Assembly (NCBI RefSeq): GCF_044704955.1
Contig: NC_091995.1
Span: 53,382,001-53,446,000 of the forward strand
From: Pristiophorus japonicus
Lineage: Eukaryota
Reading direction: 5' to 3'
DNA: 64,000 nucleotides
The translations under genes were made by a program, and so were the position numbers. The stretch's first letter is position 1. Each line of letters starts with the position of its first letter. This document shows, one piece after another, positions 23,042 through 35,300 of this stretch. The notes under the pieces were generated by a model. The model was not told the origin of the DNA and made no database searches. It was given only the letters and a program-made list of their open reading frames with translations.

Positions 23042-26000
23042 ACTGCCCCTTCAACAGTGCAGCGCTCCCTCAGTACTGCCCCTCTGACAGTGCAGCATTC
23101 CCTGAGTGCTGCCCCTCCGACAGTGCAGCACGCCCTCAGTACTGCCCCTCCCACAGTGCAGCGCTCCCTCAGTACTGCCCCTCCGACAGTACAGCGCTCC
23201 CTCAGTACTGTACCTCCGACAGCGCAGAATCCCTCAGTATTGCCCCTCCGACAGTACAGCGCTCCCTCAGTACTGTACCTCCGACAGTGCAGCAGTCCCT
23301 CAGTACTACTCCTCCAACAGTGCAAATCTCTCCCAGTACTGCCTTTCCACAGTGCGGCGCTCCCTCAGTACTGCCCCTCCGACAGTGCAGCATTCCCTCA
23401 GTACTGCCCCTCCGACAGTGCAGCGCTCCCTCACTATTGCTCCTCCGGCAGTGCGGCGCTCCCTCAGTACTGTCCTTCCAACAGTGCAGCACTCGCTCAG
23501 TATTGCCCCTCCGACAGTGCAGCACTCTCTTAGTGCTGTCCCTCGGCCAGCGCAGCACTCCCTCAATACTGTGCCTCTTACAGTGCAGCACTCCCTCAGT
23601 ACTGCCCCTCCGACAGTGCAGCACACCCTCAGTACTGCCCCTCCGACAGTGCAGCACTCCCTCAGTACTGCCCCTCCGACAGTGCAGCACACCCTCAGTA
23701 CTGCCCCTCCGGAGTGCAGCGCTCCCTCATTACTACCCCTCCGACAGTGCAGCACTCCCAGTACTGCCCCTCCGACAGTACAGCACACCCTCAGTACTGT
23801 ACCTCCGACAGCGCAGAATCCCTCAGTATTGCCCCTCCGACAGTACAGCGCTCCCTCAGTACTGTACCTCCGACAGTGCAGCAGTCCCTCAGTACTACTC
23901 CTCCAACAGTGCAAATCTCTCCCTGTACTGCCCTTCCCACAGTGCAGCACTCCCTCAGTACTACCCCTCCGACAGTGCAGCACTCCCTCGGTACTAACCA
24001 TCCGACAGTGCGGCGCTCCCTCAGTACTGCCCCTCCGACAGTGCAGCACTCCCTCACTACTGCTCCTACGACAGTGCAGTGCTCCCTCAGCAGTGCCCCT
24101 CCGCCAGTGCAGCACTCCCTCAGTACTACCCCACCCACAGTGCAGCGCACCCTCAGGACTACCCCTCCAACAGTGCAGCACTCCATCAGCAGTGCCTCTC
24201 CGCCAGTGCAGCACTCCCTCAGTACTGCCCCTCCGGCAGTGCAACTCTCCATCAGTACTGCCCCTTCGACAGTGCGGCGCTCCCTCAGTACTGCTCCTCC
24301 GACAGTGCACCATTCCCTCAGTACTGCCTCTTCGGCAGTGCAGCACTTCCTCAGTACTGCCCCTCAGACAGTGCAGCGCTCCCTCGCTACTGCCCCTCCG
24401 GCAGTGCGGCGCTCCCTCAGTACTGTCCTTCCAACAGTGCAGCACTCCCTCAGTACTGCCCCTCCGACAGTGCAGCACACCCTCAGTACTGCCCCTCCCA
24501 CAATGCAGCACTCCCTCATTACTACCTCTCCGACAGTGCAGCACACCCTCAGTACTGTCCCTCCCACAATGCAGCACTCCCTCATTACTATCCCTCCGAC
24601 AATGCAGCACTCCCTCAGTACTGTTCTTCCCACAATGCAGCACTCCCTCATTACTACCCCTCCGACAGTGCAGCACTCCCTCAGTACTGCCCCTCCGGAG
24701 TGCAGCGCTCCCTCATTACTACCCCTCCGACAGTGCAGCACTCCCAGTACTGCCCCTCCGACAGTACAGCGCTCCCTCAGTACTGTACCTTTGACAGCGC
24801 AGAATCCCTCAGTATTGCCCCTCCGACAGTACAGCGCTCCCTCAGTACTGTACCTCTGACAGTGCAGCAGTCCCTCAGTACTACTCCTCCAACAGTGCAA
24901 ATCTCTGCCAGTACTGCCCTTCCCACAGTGCAGCACTCCCTCAGTACTACCCCTCCGACAGTGCAGCACTCCCTCTGTACTAACCCTCCGACAGTGCGGC
25001 GCTCCCTCAGTACTGCCCCTCCGACAGTGCAGCCCCTTCCTCACTACTGCTCCTACGACAGTGCAGTGCTCCCTCAGCAGTGCCCCTCCGCCAGTGCAGC
25101 ACTCCCTCAGTACTGCCCCACCCACAGTGCAGCGCACCCTCAGTACTACCCCTCCAACAGTGCAGCACTCCATCAGCAGTGTCCCTCCGCCAGTGCAGCA
25201 CTCCCTCAGTACTGCCCCTCCAGCAGTGCAACTCTCCCTCAGCACTGCCCCTCCGACAGTGTAGCACTCCCTCAGTAGTGCCCCTCCGACAATGCAGCAC
25301 TCTCTTAGTGCTGTCCCTCGGCCAGCGCAGCACTCCCTCAATACTGCCCCTCCGACAGTGCAACGCTCCCTCATTACTACCCCACCGACAGTGTAGCGCT
25401 CCCTCAGTACTGCCCCTCCGACATTGCAGCACTCCCTCAATACTGCCCCTCCGACAGTGCAGCGCTTCCTCAGTACTGCCCCTCCGACAGTGCAGCGCTC
25501 CATCAGTACTACCCCTCCAACAGTGCAGCGTTCCCTCAGTACTGCCCCTCCGACAGTGCAGCGCTCCCTCAGTACTGCCCCTCCAACAGTGCAGCATTCC
25601 CTGAGTGCTGCCCCTCCGACAGTGCAGCGCTCCCTCAGTACTGCCCCTCCGACAGTGCAGCACTCCCTCAGTACTGCCCCTCCAACAATGCGGTGCTCCC
25701 TCAGTACTGCCCCTCTGACAGTGCAGTGCTCCCTCAGTATTTTCTCTCCGACAGTGTGGCACTCCCTCAGTACTGCCCCTCCGATAGTACAGCGATCCCT
25801 CAGTATTGCCCCTCCAACAGTGCAGCACTCCCTCCGTACTGCCCCTCCGACAGTTCAGCACTCCCTCCGTACTGTCCCTCCGACAGTTCAGCACTCCCTC
25901 CATACTGTCCCTCCGACAGCGCAGCACGACCTCAGTGCTGCCCCTCCGACAGTGTAGCGCTCCCTCAGTACTGCCGCTCCGACAATGCAGCGCTCCCTCT

Positions 26001-26563
26001 GTACTGACCCTTCAACAGTGCAGCACTCCCTCAGTACTGCCCCTCTGACTGTGCAGTGCTCCCTCAGTATTGATCCTCCGACAGTGTAGCGCACCCACAC
26101 TACTGCCCCTCTGACAGTGCAGCACTCCCTCAGTACTGCCGCCCCAAAAGTGCGGCGCTCCCTCAGTACTGCCCCTCCGACAGTGCAACTCTCCCTCAGC
26201 ATTGAGCTTCCGACAGTATGGCGCTGCCTCAGTGGTGCCCCTCCAACAACGCAGCACTCCCTCAGTACTGCCCCTCCGACAGCGCAGCAGCCTTCAGTAC
26301 TGCCTTCGGACAGTGCAGCGCTCCCTCATTACTACCCCTCCGACAGTGCAGCACTCCCTCAGTACTGCCCCTCCGGAGTGCAGCGCTCCCTCATTACTAC
26401 CCCTCCGACAGTGCAGCACTCCCAGTACTGCACCTCCGACAGTACAGCGCTCCCTCAGTACTGTACCTCCGACAGCGCAGAATCCCTCAGTATTGCCCCT
26501 CCGACAGTACAGCGCTCCCTCAGTACTGTACCTCCGACAGTGCAGCACTCTCTCGGTACTAAC
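23042..26563 (+). repeat. 33-bp satellite array, segment 3
   Basis: Same monomer and orientation up to the CR1 tail junction. Confidence 0.98.
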
Positions 26564-26628
26564 ATAGAAACATAGAAACATAGAAAATAGGTGCAGGAGC
26601 AGGCCATTCAGCCCTTCTTGCCTGCACC
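26561..26628 (-). repeat. CR1 3' terminal hairpin and (TCTATGTT)3 tail
   Basis: Plus strand (AACATAGA)x3 at 26561-26584. Inverted repeat GGTGCAGG (26590-26597) / CCTGCACC (26621-26628). This is the typical CR1 3' recognition structure. Confidence 0.9.
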
Positions 26629-29188
26629 GCCATTCAATGAGTTCATGGCTGAACATGAAACTTCAGTACCCGCTTCCTGCTTTCACGCCATAACCCTTGA
26701 TCCCCCAAGTAGTAAGGACTACATCTAACACCCTTTTGAATATATTTAGTGAATTGGCCTCAACTACTTTCTGTGGTAGAGAATTCCACAGGTTCACCAC
26801 TCTCTGGGTGAAGAAGTTTCTCCTTATCTCGGTCCTAAATGGCTTACCCCTTATCCTTAGACTGTGACCCCTGGGTCTGGACTTCCCCAACATTGGGAAC
26901 ATTCTTCCTGCATCCAACCTGTCCAAACCCGTCAGAATTTTAAACGTTTCTATGAGGTCCCCTCTCACTCTTCTGAACTCCAGTGAATACAAGCCCAGTT
27001 GATCCAGTCTTTCTTGATAGGTCAGTCCCACCATCCCGGGAATCAGTCTGGTGAATCTTCGCTGCACTCCCTCAATAGCAAGAATGTCCTTCCTCAAGTT
27101 AGGAGACAAAAACTGTACACAATACTCCAGGTGTGGCCTCACCAAGGCCCTGTACAACTGTAGCAACACCTCCCTGCCCCTGTACTCAAATCCCCTCGCT
27201 ATGAAGGCCAACATGCCATTTGCTTTCTTAACCGCCTGCTGTACCTGCATGCCAACCTTCAATGACTGATGTACCCAGGTCTCGTTGCACCTTCCCTTTT
27301 CCTAATCTGTCACCATTCAGATAATAGTCTGTCTCTCTGTTTTTACCACCAAAGTGGATAACCTCACATTTATCCACATTATACTTCATCTGCCACGCAT
27401 TTGCCCACTCACCTAACCTATCCAAGTCACTCTGCAGCCTCATAGCATCCTCCTGGCAGCTCACACTGCCACCCAACTTAGTGTCATCCGCAAATTTGGA
27501 GATACTACATTTAATCCCCTCGTCTAAATCATTAATGTACAATGTAAACAGCTGGGGCCCCAGCACAGAACCCTGCGGTACCCCACTAGTCACTGCCTGC
27601 CATTCCGAAAAGTACCCATTTACTCCTACTCTTTGCTTCCTGTCTGACAACCAATTCTCAATCCACGTCAGCACACTACCCCCAATCCCATGTGCTTTAA
27701 CTTTGCACATTAATCTCCTGTGTGGGACCTTGTCGAAAGCCTTCTGAAAGTCCAAATATACCACATCAACTGGTACTCCTTTGTCCACTTTATTGGAAAC
27801 ATCCTCAAAAAATTCCAGAAGATTTGTCAAGCATGATCTCCCTTTCACAAATCCATGCTGACTTGGACCTATCATGTCATCATTTTCCAAATGCGCTGCT
27901 ATGACATCCTTAATAATTGATTCCATCATTTTACCCACTACTGAGGTCAGGCTGACCGGTCTATAATTCCCTGCTTTCTCTCTCCCTCCTTTTTTAAAAA
28001 GTGGGGTTACATTGGCTACACTCCACTCGATAGGAACTGGTCCAGAGTCAATGGAATGTTGGAAAATGACTGTCAATGCATCCGCTATTTCCAAGGCCAC
28101 CTCCTTAAGTACTCTGGGATGCAGTCCATCAGGCCCTGGGGATTTATCGGCCTTCAATCCCATCAATTTCCCCAACACAATTTCCCGACTAATAAAGATT
28201 TCCCTCAGTTCCTCCTCCTTACTAGACCCTCTGACCCCTTTTATATCCGGAAGGTTGTTTGTGTCCTCCTTAGTGAATACTGAACCAAAGTACTTGTTCA
28301 ATTGGTCTGCCATTTCTTTGTTCCCCGTTATGACTTCCCCTGATTCTGACTGCAGGGGACCTACGTTTGTCTTTACTAACCTTTTTCTCTTTACATACCT
28401 GTAGAAACTTTTGCAATCCGCCTTAATGTTCCCTGCAAGCTTCTTCTCGTACTCCATTTTCCCTGCCCTAATCAAACCCTTTGTCCTCCTCTGCTGAGTT
28501 CTAAATTTCTCCCAGTCCCCAGGTTCGCTGCTATTTCTGGCCAATTTGTATGCCATTTCCTTGGCTTTAATACTATCCCTGATTTCCCTAGATAGCCACG
28601 GTTGAGCCACCTTCCCTTTTTTATTTTTACGCCGGACAGGAATGTACAATTGTTGTAATTCATCCATGCAGTCTCTAAATGTCTGCCATTGCCCATCCAC
28701 AGTCAACCCCTTAAGTATCATTAGCCAATCTATCTTAGCCAATTCATGCCTCATACCTTCAAAGTTACCCTTCTTTAAGTTCTGGACCATGGTCTCTGAA
28801 TGAACTGTTTCATTCTCCATCCTAATGCAGAATTCCACCATATTATGGTCACTCTTCCCCAAGGGGCCTCGCACAATGAGATTGCTAATTAATCCTCTCT
28901 CATTACACAACACCCAGTCTAAGATGGCCTCCCCCCTGGTTGGTTCCTCGACATATTGGTCTAGAAAACCATCCCTTATGCACTCCAGGAAATCCTCCTC
29001 CACCGTATTGCTTCCAGTTCGGCTAGCCCAATCTATGTGCATATTAAAGTCACCCATTATAACTGCTGCACCTTTATTGCATGCACTCCTAATTTCCTGT
29101 TTGATGCCCTCCCCAACATCACTACTACTGTTTGGAGGTCTGTACACAACTCCCACTAACGATTTTTGCCCTTTCGTGTTCTGCAGCT
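26564..29188 (-). mobile_element. CR1-clade LINE (non-LTR retrotransposon), 5'-truncated, ~2.6 kb
   Basis: Abrupt switch to AT-richer unique sequence. ORF2 with endonuclease and RT motifs, ~100-bp 3' UTR with a hairpin and an octamer-repeat tail. CTAAC occurs at both junctions (26559-26563 and 29189-29193), and the satellite monomer ...CTCGGTACTAACCCTCCGAC... resumes in phase. Confidence 0.96.
26663..29188 (-). pseudogene. CR1 ORF2 (partial APE endonuclease + reverse transcriptase), 5'-truncated, one frameshift near 27274
   Basis: EN motifs VGVVYRPP, IMGDFN, LDWVL, SDHNMV. RT motifs KSPGPDG, NYRPVSLTSVVGK, QHGF, YLDFQKAFDKVPH, GVPQGSVLGP, FADDTK. The C-terminus (LYRALVRPHLEYC...RGHSL...FFTQRVVNLWNSLP) continues in another frame (ORF 26663..27262) to TGA at 26663-26665. 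Confidence 0.95.
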
Positions 29189-32100
29189 CTAACCCTCCGA
29201 CAGTGCGGCGCTCCCTCAGTACTGCCCCTCCGACAGTGCAGCATTCCCTCAGTACTGCCCCTCCGACAGTGCAGCACATCCTCAGTACTGCCCCTCAGAC
29301 AGTACAGCGCTCCCTCACTACTGCCCCTCCGGCAGTGCGGCGCTCCCTCAGTACTGTCCTTCCAACAGTGCAGCACTCACTCAGTATTGCCCCTCCGACA
29401 GTGCAGCAACTCCTCAGATCTTCCCCTCAGACAGTGCAGCACTCCCTCAGTACTGCCCCTTCGACAGTGCAGCACTCTCTTAGTGCTGTCCCTCGGCCAG
29501 CGCAGCACTCCCTCAATACTGTGCCTCTTACAGTGCAGCACTCCCTCAGTACTGCCCCTCCGACAGTGCAGCACACCCTCAGTACTACCCCTCCGACAGT
29601 GCAGCACACCCTCAGTACTGCCCCTCCGACAGTGCAGCACTCCCTCAGTACTGCCCCTCCGACAGTGCAGCACTCCCTCAGTACTGCCCCTCCGACAGTG
29701 TAGCGCTCCCTCTGTAGTGCGCCTCCGACAGTGCAGCGCTCCCTCAGTACTGCCTCTCCAACAGTGCAGCGCTCCCTCAGTACTGCCCCTCCGACAGTGC
29801 AGTGCTCCGTCAGTACTACCCCTACGACAGTGCAGCACTCCCTCAGTACTGTCCCTCCCACAATGCAGCACTCCCTCAGTACTGCCCCTCCGACAGTGCA
29901 GCACTCCGTCAGTACTACCCCTCCGACAGTGCAGCGCTTTCTCAGTACTGCCCCTCCGACAGTGCAGTGCTCCCTCAGTACTGCCGCTCCGACAGTGCAG
30001 CTCTCCATCAGTACTGCCCCTCCAACAGCGTAGCGCTCCCTCAGTCGTGCCCTTCCGCCAGTCCAGCACTCCCTCACTACTGCCCCTCCGACAGTGCAAC
30101 TCTCACAGAGTTGTGCCAATCGGATGGTGCAGCACTCCCTCACTATGGCCGCTCCGACTGTGTGGCGCTCCCTCAATACGGACCTTCTGACAGTGCATTG
30201 CTCCCTCAGTACTGCCCCGCTGACAGTTCAGAATTCCTCAGCACTGCCCCTTCAACAGTGCAGCGCTCCCTCAGTACTGCCCCTCTGACAGTGCAGCATT
30301 CCCTGAGTGCTGCCCCTCCGACAGTGCAGCACGCCCTCAGTACTGCCCCTCCCACAGTGCAGCACTCCCTCAGTATTGTCCCTCCCACAGTGCAGCGCTC
30401 CCTCAGTACTGCCCCTCTGACAGTGCAGCACTCCCTCATTACTGCCCCTCTGACAGTGCAGCACTCCCTCATTACTGCCCCTCTGACAGTGCAGCACTCC
30501 CTCAGTACTGCCGCTCCAAAAGTGCGGCGCTCCCTCAGTACTGCCCCTCCGACAGTGCAACTCTCCCTCAGCATTGAGCTTCCGACAGCATGGCGCTGCC
30601 TCAGTATTGCCCCTCCGACAGCGCAGCACTTCCTCAGTCGTGCCCCTCCGGCAGTGTGGTGCTCCCTCAGTACTGCACCTCCAACAGTGCAGCAGCCCTC
30701 AGTACTGCCTTCGGACAGTGCAGTGCTCCCTCATTACTTCCCCTCCGACAGTGCAGCACTCCCTCAGTACTGCCCCTCCGACAGTGCAGCACATCCTCAG
30801 TACTGCCCCTCAGATAGTGCAGCGCTCCCTCACTACTGCCCCTCCGGCAGTGCGGCGCTCCTTCAGTACTGTCCTTCCAACAGTGTAGCACTCCCTCAGT
30901 ACTGCCCCTTCGACAGTGCAGCACTCTCTTAGTGCTGTCCCTCGGCCAGCGCAGCACTCCCTCAATACTGTGCCTCTTACAGTGCAGCACTCCCTCAGTA
31001 CTGCCCCTCCGACAGTGCAGCACACCCTCAGTACTGCCCCTCCGACAGTGCAGCGCTCTCTCTGTAGTGCACCTCCGCCAGTGCAGCGCTCCCTCAGTAC
31101 TACCCCTCCGACAGTGCAGCGCTCCCTCAGTACTGCCTCTCCGACAGTACAGTGCTCCCTCAGTCCTGCCCTCCAACAGTGCAGCGCTCCCTCAGTACTA
31201 CCCCTCCAACAGTGCAGCGCTCCCTCAGAACTGCCCCTCCTACACTGCAACACTCCCTCAGTACTACCCATCCCAAAGTCTAACACTCCCTCAGTATTGC
31301 CCCTCCCAAAGTCTAGCTCTCCCTCACCACTGCCCCTCCAGCAGTGCGGCGCTCCCTCAGTACTGTCCTTCCAACAGTGCAGCACTCCCTCAGTACTGCC
31401 TCTCCGACAGTGCAGCACACCCTCAGTACTGCCCCTCCGACAGTGCAGCACTCCCTCAGTACTGCCCCTCCGACAGTGCAGCGCTTCCTCACTACTGCCC
31501 CTCTGACAGTGCAGTGCTCCCTCAATACTGCCCCACCAACAGCACAGCGCTCCCTCTGTAGTGCGCCTCCGCCAGTGCAGCACTCCCTCAGTACTGTCCC
31601 TCCCACAGTGCAGCGCTCCCTCAGTACTGCCTCTCCAACAGTGCAGCGCTCCCTCAGTACTGCCCCTCCAATAGTGCAACGCTCCCTCAGAACTGCCCCT
31701 CCTACAGTGCAACACTCCCTCAGTACTACTCATCCCAAAGTCTAGCACTCCCTCAGTATTGCCCCTCCCAAAGTCTAGCACTCCCTCAGTACTGCCCCTC
31801 CCAATGTCGAGCGCTCCCTCAGTACTGCCCCTCCGGCAGTGTGGTGCTCCCTCAGTACTGCCCCTCCAACAGTGCAGCAGCCCTCAGTACTGCCTTCGGA
31901 CAGTGCAGTGCTCCCTCATTACTACCTCTCCGACAATGGAGCGCTCCCTCATTACTACCACTCCGACAGTGCAGCACTCCCTCAGTACTGCCCCTCCGGA
32001 GTGCAGCGCTCCCTCATTATTACCCCTACGACAGTACAGCACTCCCTCAGTACTGTACCTCCGACAGTGCAGCAGTCCCTCAGTACTACTCATTCAACAG

Positions 32101-32386
32101 TGCAAATCTCTCCCAGTACTGCCCTTCCCACAGTGCAGCACTTCCTCAGTACTAACCCTCCGACAGTGCAGCACTCTCTCAGTACTGCCCCTCCAACAGC
32201 GCAGCATTCCCTCACTACTGCCCCTCCGGCAGTGAAGCGCTCCCTCAGTACTGCCCCTCCCACAGCGCAGCATTCCCTCACTAGTGCCCTTCCGGCAGTG
32301 CAGCGCTCCCTCTGTACTGACCCTCCAACAGTGCAGCGCTTCCTCATTACTACCCCTCCGACAGTGCAGCATTCCCTCAGTACTGC

Positions 32387-35300
32387 CCCTCCGACAGTGC
32401 AGCACGCCCTCAGTACTGCCCCTCAGACAGTGCACCACTCCTTCAGGACTGTCCCTCCGACAGTGTAGCATTCCCTCCGTACTGTCCCTCCGACAGTGCA
32501 GCACTCCTTTAGTGCTGTCCCTCGGCCAGCGCAGCACTCCCTCAGTACTGCCCCTCCGACAGTGCAGCAATCCCTCAATACTGCCCCTCCGACAGTGCAG
32601 CGCTTCCTCAGTACTGCCCCTCCGACAGTGCAGCGCTCCATCAGTACTACCCCTCCAACAGTGCAGCGTTCCCTCAGTACTGTCCCTCCGACAGTGCAGC
32701 GCTCCCTCAGTACTGCCCCTCCAACAGTGCAGCATTCCCTGAGTGCTGCCCCTCCGACAGTGCAGCGCTCCCTCAGTACTGACCCTCCGACAGTGCAGCA
32801 CTCCCTCAGTACTGCCCCTCCAACAATGCGGTGCTCCCTCAGTACTGCCCCTCTGACAGTGCAGTGCTCCCTCAGTATTTTCCCTCCGACAGTGTGGCAC
32901 TCCCTCAGTACTGCCCCTCCGATAGTACGGCGATCCCTCAGTATTGCCCCTTCAACAGTGCAGCACTCCCTCCGTACTGCCCCTCCGACAGTTCAGCACT
33001 CCCTCCGTACTGTCCCTCCGACAGTTCAGCACTCCCTCCGTACTGTCCCTCCGACAGCGCAGCACTCCCTCAGTACTGCCCCTCTGGCTGTGCAGTGCTC
33101 CCTCAGTATTGATCCTCCGACAGTGTAGCGCACCCACACCACTGCCCCTCCGACAGTGCAGCAATCCCTCAGTACTGCCACTCCGACAGTGCAGCGCTCC
33201 CTCAGTATTGCCACTCCGACAGTGCAGCGCTCCCTCAGTACTGCTCCTCTGACAGTGCAAGGCTCCCTCCAACAGTGCAACTCTCTCTCAGTACTACGCC
33301 TCCAACAGTGCAGCGCTCCCTCAGTACTGCCCCTCCGACAGTGCAGCACTCCCTCAGTACTGCCCCTCCGACAGTGCAGCGCTCCCTCAGTACTGGTCCT
33401 CTGACAGTGCAAGGCTCCCTCCAACAGTGCAACTCTCTCTCAGTACTACGCCTCCATCAGTGCAGCGCTCCCTCAGTGCTGCCTCACCGACAGTGCAGTG
33501 CTCCCTCAGTACTGCCGCTCCGTCAGTGCAGCTCTCCATCAGTACTGCCCCTCCAGCAGCGTAGCGCTCCCTCAGTAGTGCCCTTCCGCTAGTCCAGCAG
33601 TCTCTCACTACTGCCCATCCGACAGTGCAACTCTCAGAGTTGTGCCAATCGGATGGTGCAGCACTCCCTCACTATGGCCGCTCCGACTGTGTGGCGCTCC
33701 CTCAATACTGACCTTCCGACAGTGCAGCGCTCCCTCAGCACTGCCCCGCTGACAGTGCAGAATTCCTCAGTACTGCCCCCCAACAGTGCAGCGCTCCCTC
33801 AGTACTGCCCCTCTGACAGTGCAGCATTCCCTGAGTGCTGCCCCTCCGACAGTTCAGCACGCCCTCAGTACTGCCCCTCCCACAGTGCAGCACTCCCTCA
33901 GTACTACTCTTCCAACAATGCGGTGCACCCTCAGTACTTACCCTCCCACAGTGCGGCGCTCCCTCAGTACTGCTCCTCCGACAGTGCGGCGCTCCCTCAG
34001 TACTGCCCCTGTGACAGTGCAGCACTCCCTCATTACAGCCCCTCCAACAGTGCAGCGCTCCCTCAGTACTGCCGCTCCAAAAGTGCGGCGCTCTCTCAGT
34101 ACTGCCCCTCCAACAGCACAGCGCTCCCTCAGTACTGCCCCTCGCCAGTGCAGCACTCCCTCAGTACTGCCCCTCCCACAGTGCAGCACTCCCTCAGTAC
34201 TACCCCTCCGACAGTGCAGTGCTCTTTCAGTACTGCCTCTCCGACAGTGCAACACTCCCTCAGTACCACCCATCCCAAAGTCTAGCACTCCCTCAGTACT
34301 GCCCCTCCCAAAGTCTAGCACTCCCTCAGTATTGCCCCTCCCAAAGTCTAGCACTCCCTCAGTACTGCCCCTCCCAAAGTCGAGCGCTCCCTCAGCACTG
34401 CCCTGCTCACAGTGCAACACTGCCCCAGTACTACCCATCCGAGAATGCAGTGCTCCCTCAGTACTGTCCCTCCGACAGTGCGCCGCTCCCTCAGTATTGC
34501 CCCTCCGACAGTGCAGCACTCCCTCAGTACTGCACCTCCGACAGTGCGGCGCTCCCTCAGTACGGGTCCTCTGACAGTGCAAGGCTCCCTCCAACAGTGC
34601 AACTCTCTCTCAGTACTACGCCTCCAACAGTGCAGCACTCCCTCAGTACTGTCCCTCCGACACTGCAGCGCTCCCTCAGTACTGACCCTCCGACAGTGCA
34701 GCACTCCGTCAGTACTACCCCTCCGACAGTGCAGCGCTTTCTCAGTACTGCCCCTCCGACAGTGCAGTGCTCCCTCAGTACTGCCGCTCCGACAGTGCAG
34801 CTCTCCATCAGTACTGCCCCTCCAACAGCGTAGCGCTCCCTCAGTCGTGCCCTTCCGCCAGTCCAGCACTCCCTCACTACTGCCCCTCCGACAGTGCAAC
34901 TCTCACAGAGTTGTGCCAATCGGATGGTGCAGCACTCCCTCACTATGGCCGCTCCGACTGTGTGGCGCTCCCTCAATACGGACCTTCCGACAGTGCATTG
35001 CTCCCTCAGTACTGCCCCGCTGACAGTTCAGAATTCCTCAGCACTGCCCCTTCAACAGTGCAGCGCTCCCTCAGTACTGCCCCTCTGACAGTGCAGCATT
35101 CCCTGAGTGCTGCCCCTCCGACAGTGCAGCACGCCCTCAGTGCTGCCCCTCCCACAGTGCAGCACTCCCTCAGTACTGCCCCTCCGACAGTGCAGCGCTT
35201 CCTCACTACTGCCCCTCTGACAGTGCAGTGCTCCCTCAATACTGCCCCACCAACAGCACAGCGCTCCCTCTGTAGTGCGCCTCCGCCAGTGCAGCACTCC

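Larger units (their letters stand above)
18332..23229 (+). repeat. 2449-bp near-perfect tandem duplication (units 18332-20780 and 20781-23229)
   Basis: Constant +2449 offset of ORFs (18584/21033, 19014/21463, 19624/22073 and others). One substitution noticed (G20124 vs A22573). The breakpoint falls within the shared TCCCTCAGTA. Confidence 0.93.

Noticed and set aside
27051-29190. Plus-strand ORFs within the LINE
   Set aside because: These are antisense shadow ORFs of CR1 ORF2.
29189-29279. N-terminal extension of the 683-aa RT ORF as a satellite-LINE fusion gene
   Set aside because: It is read-through into an open satellite frame at the 5' truncation point from a non-ATG start, and the ORF is also frameshifted downstream.
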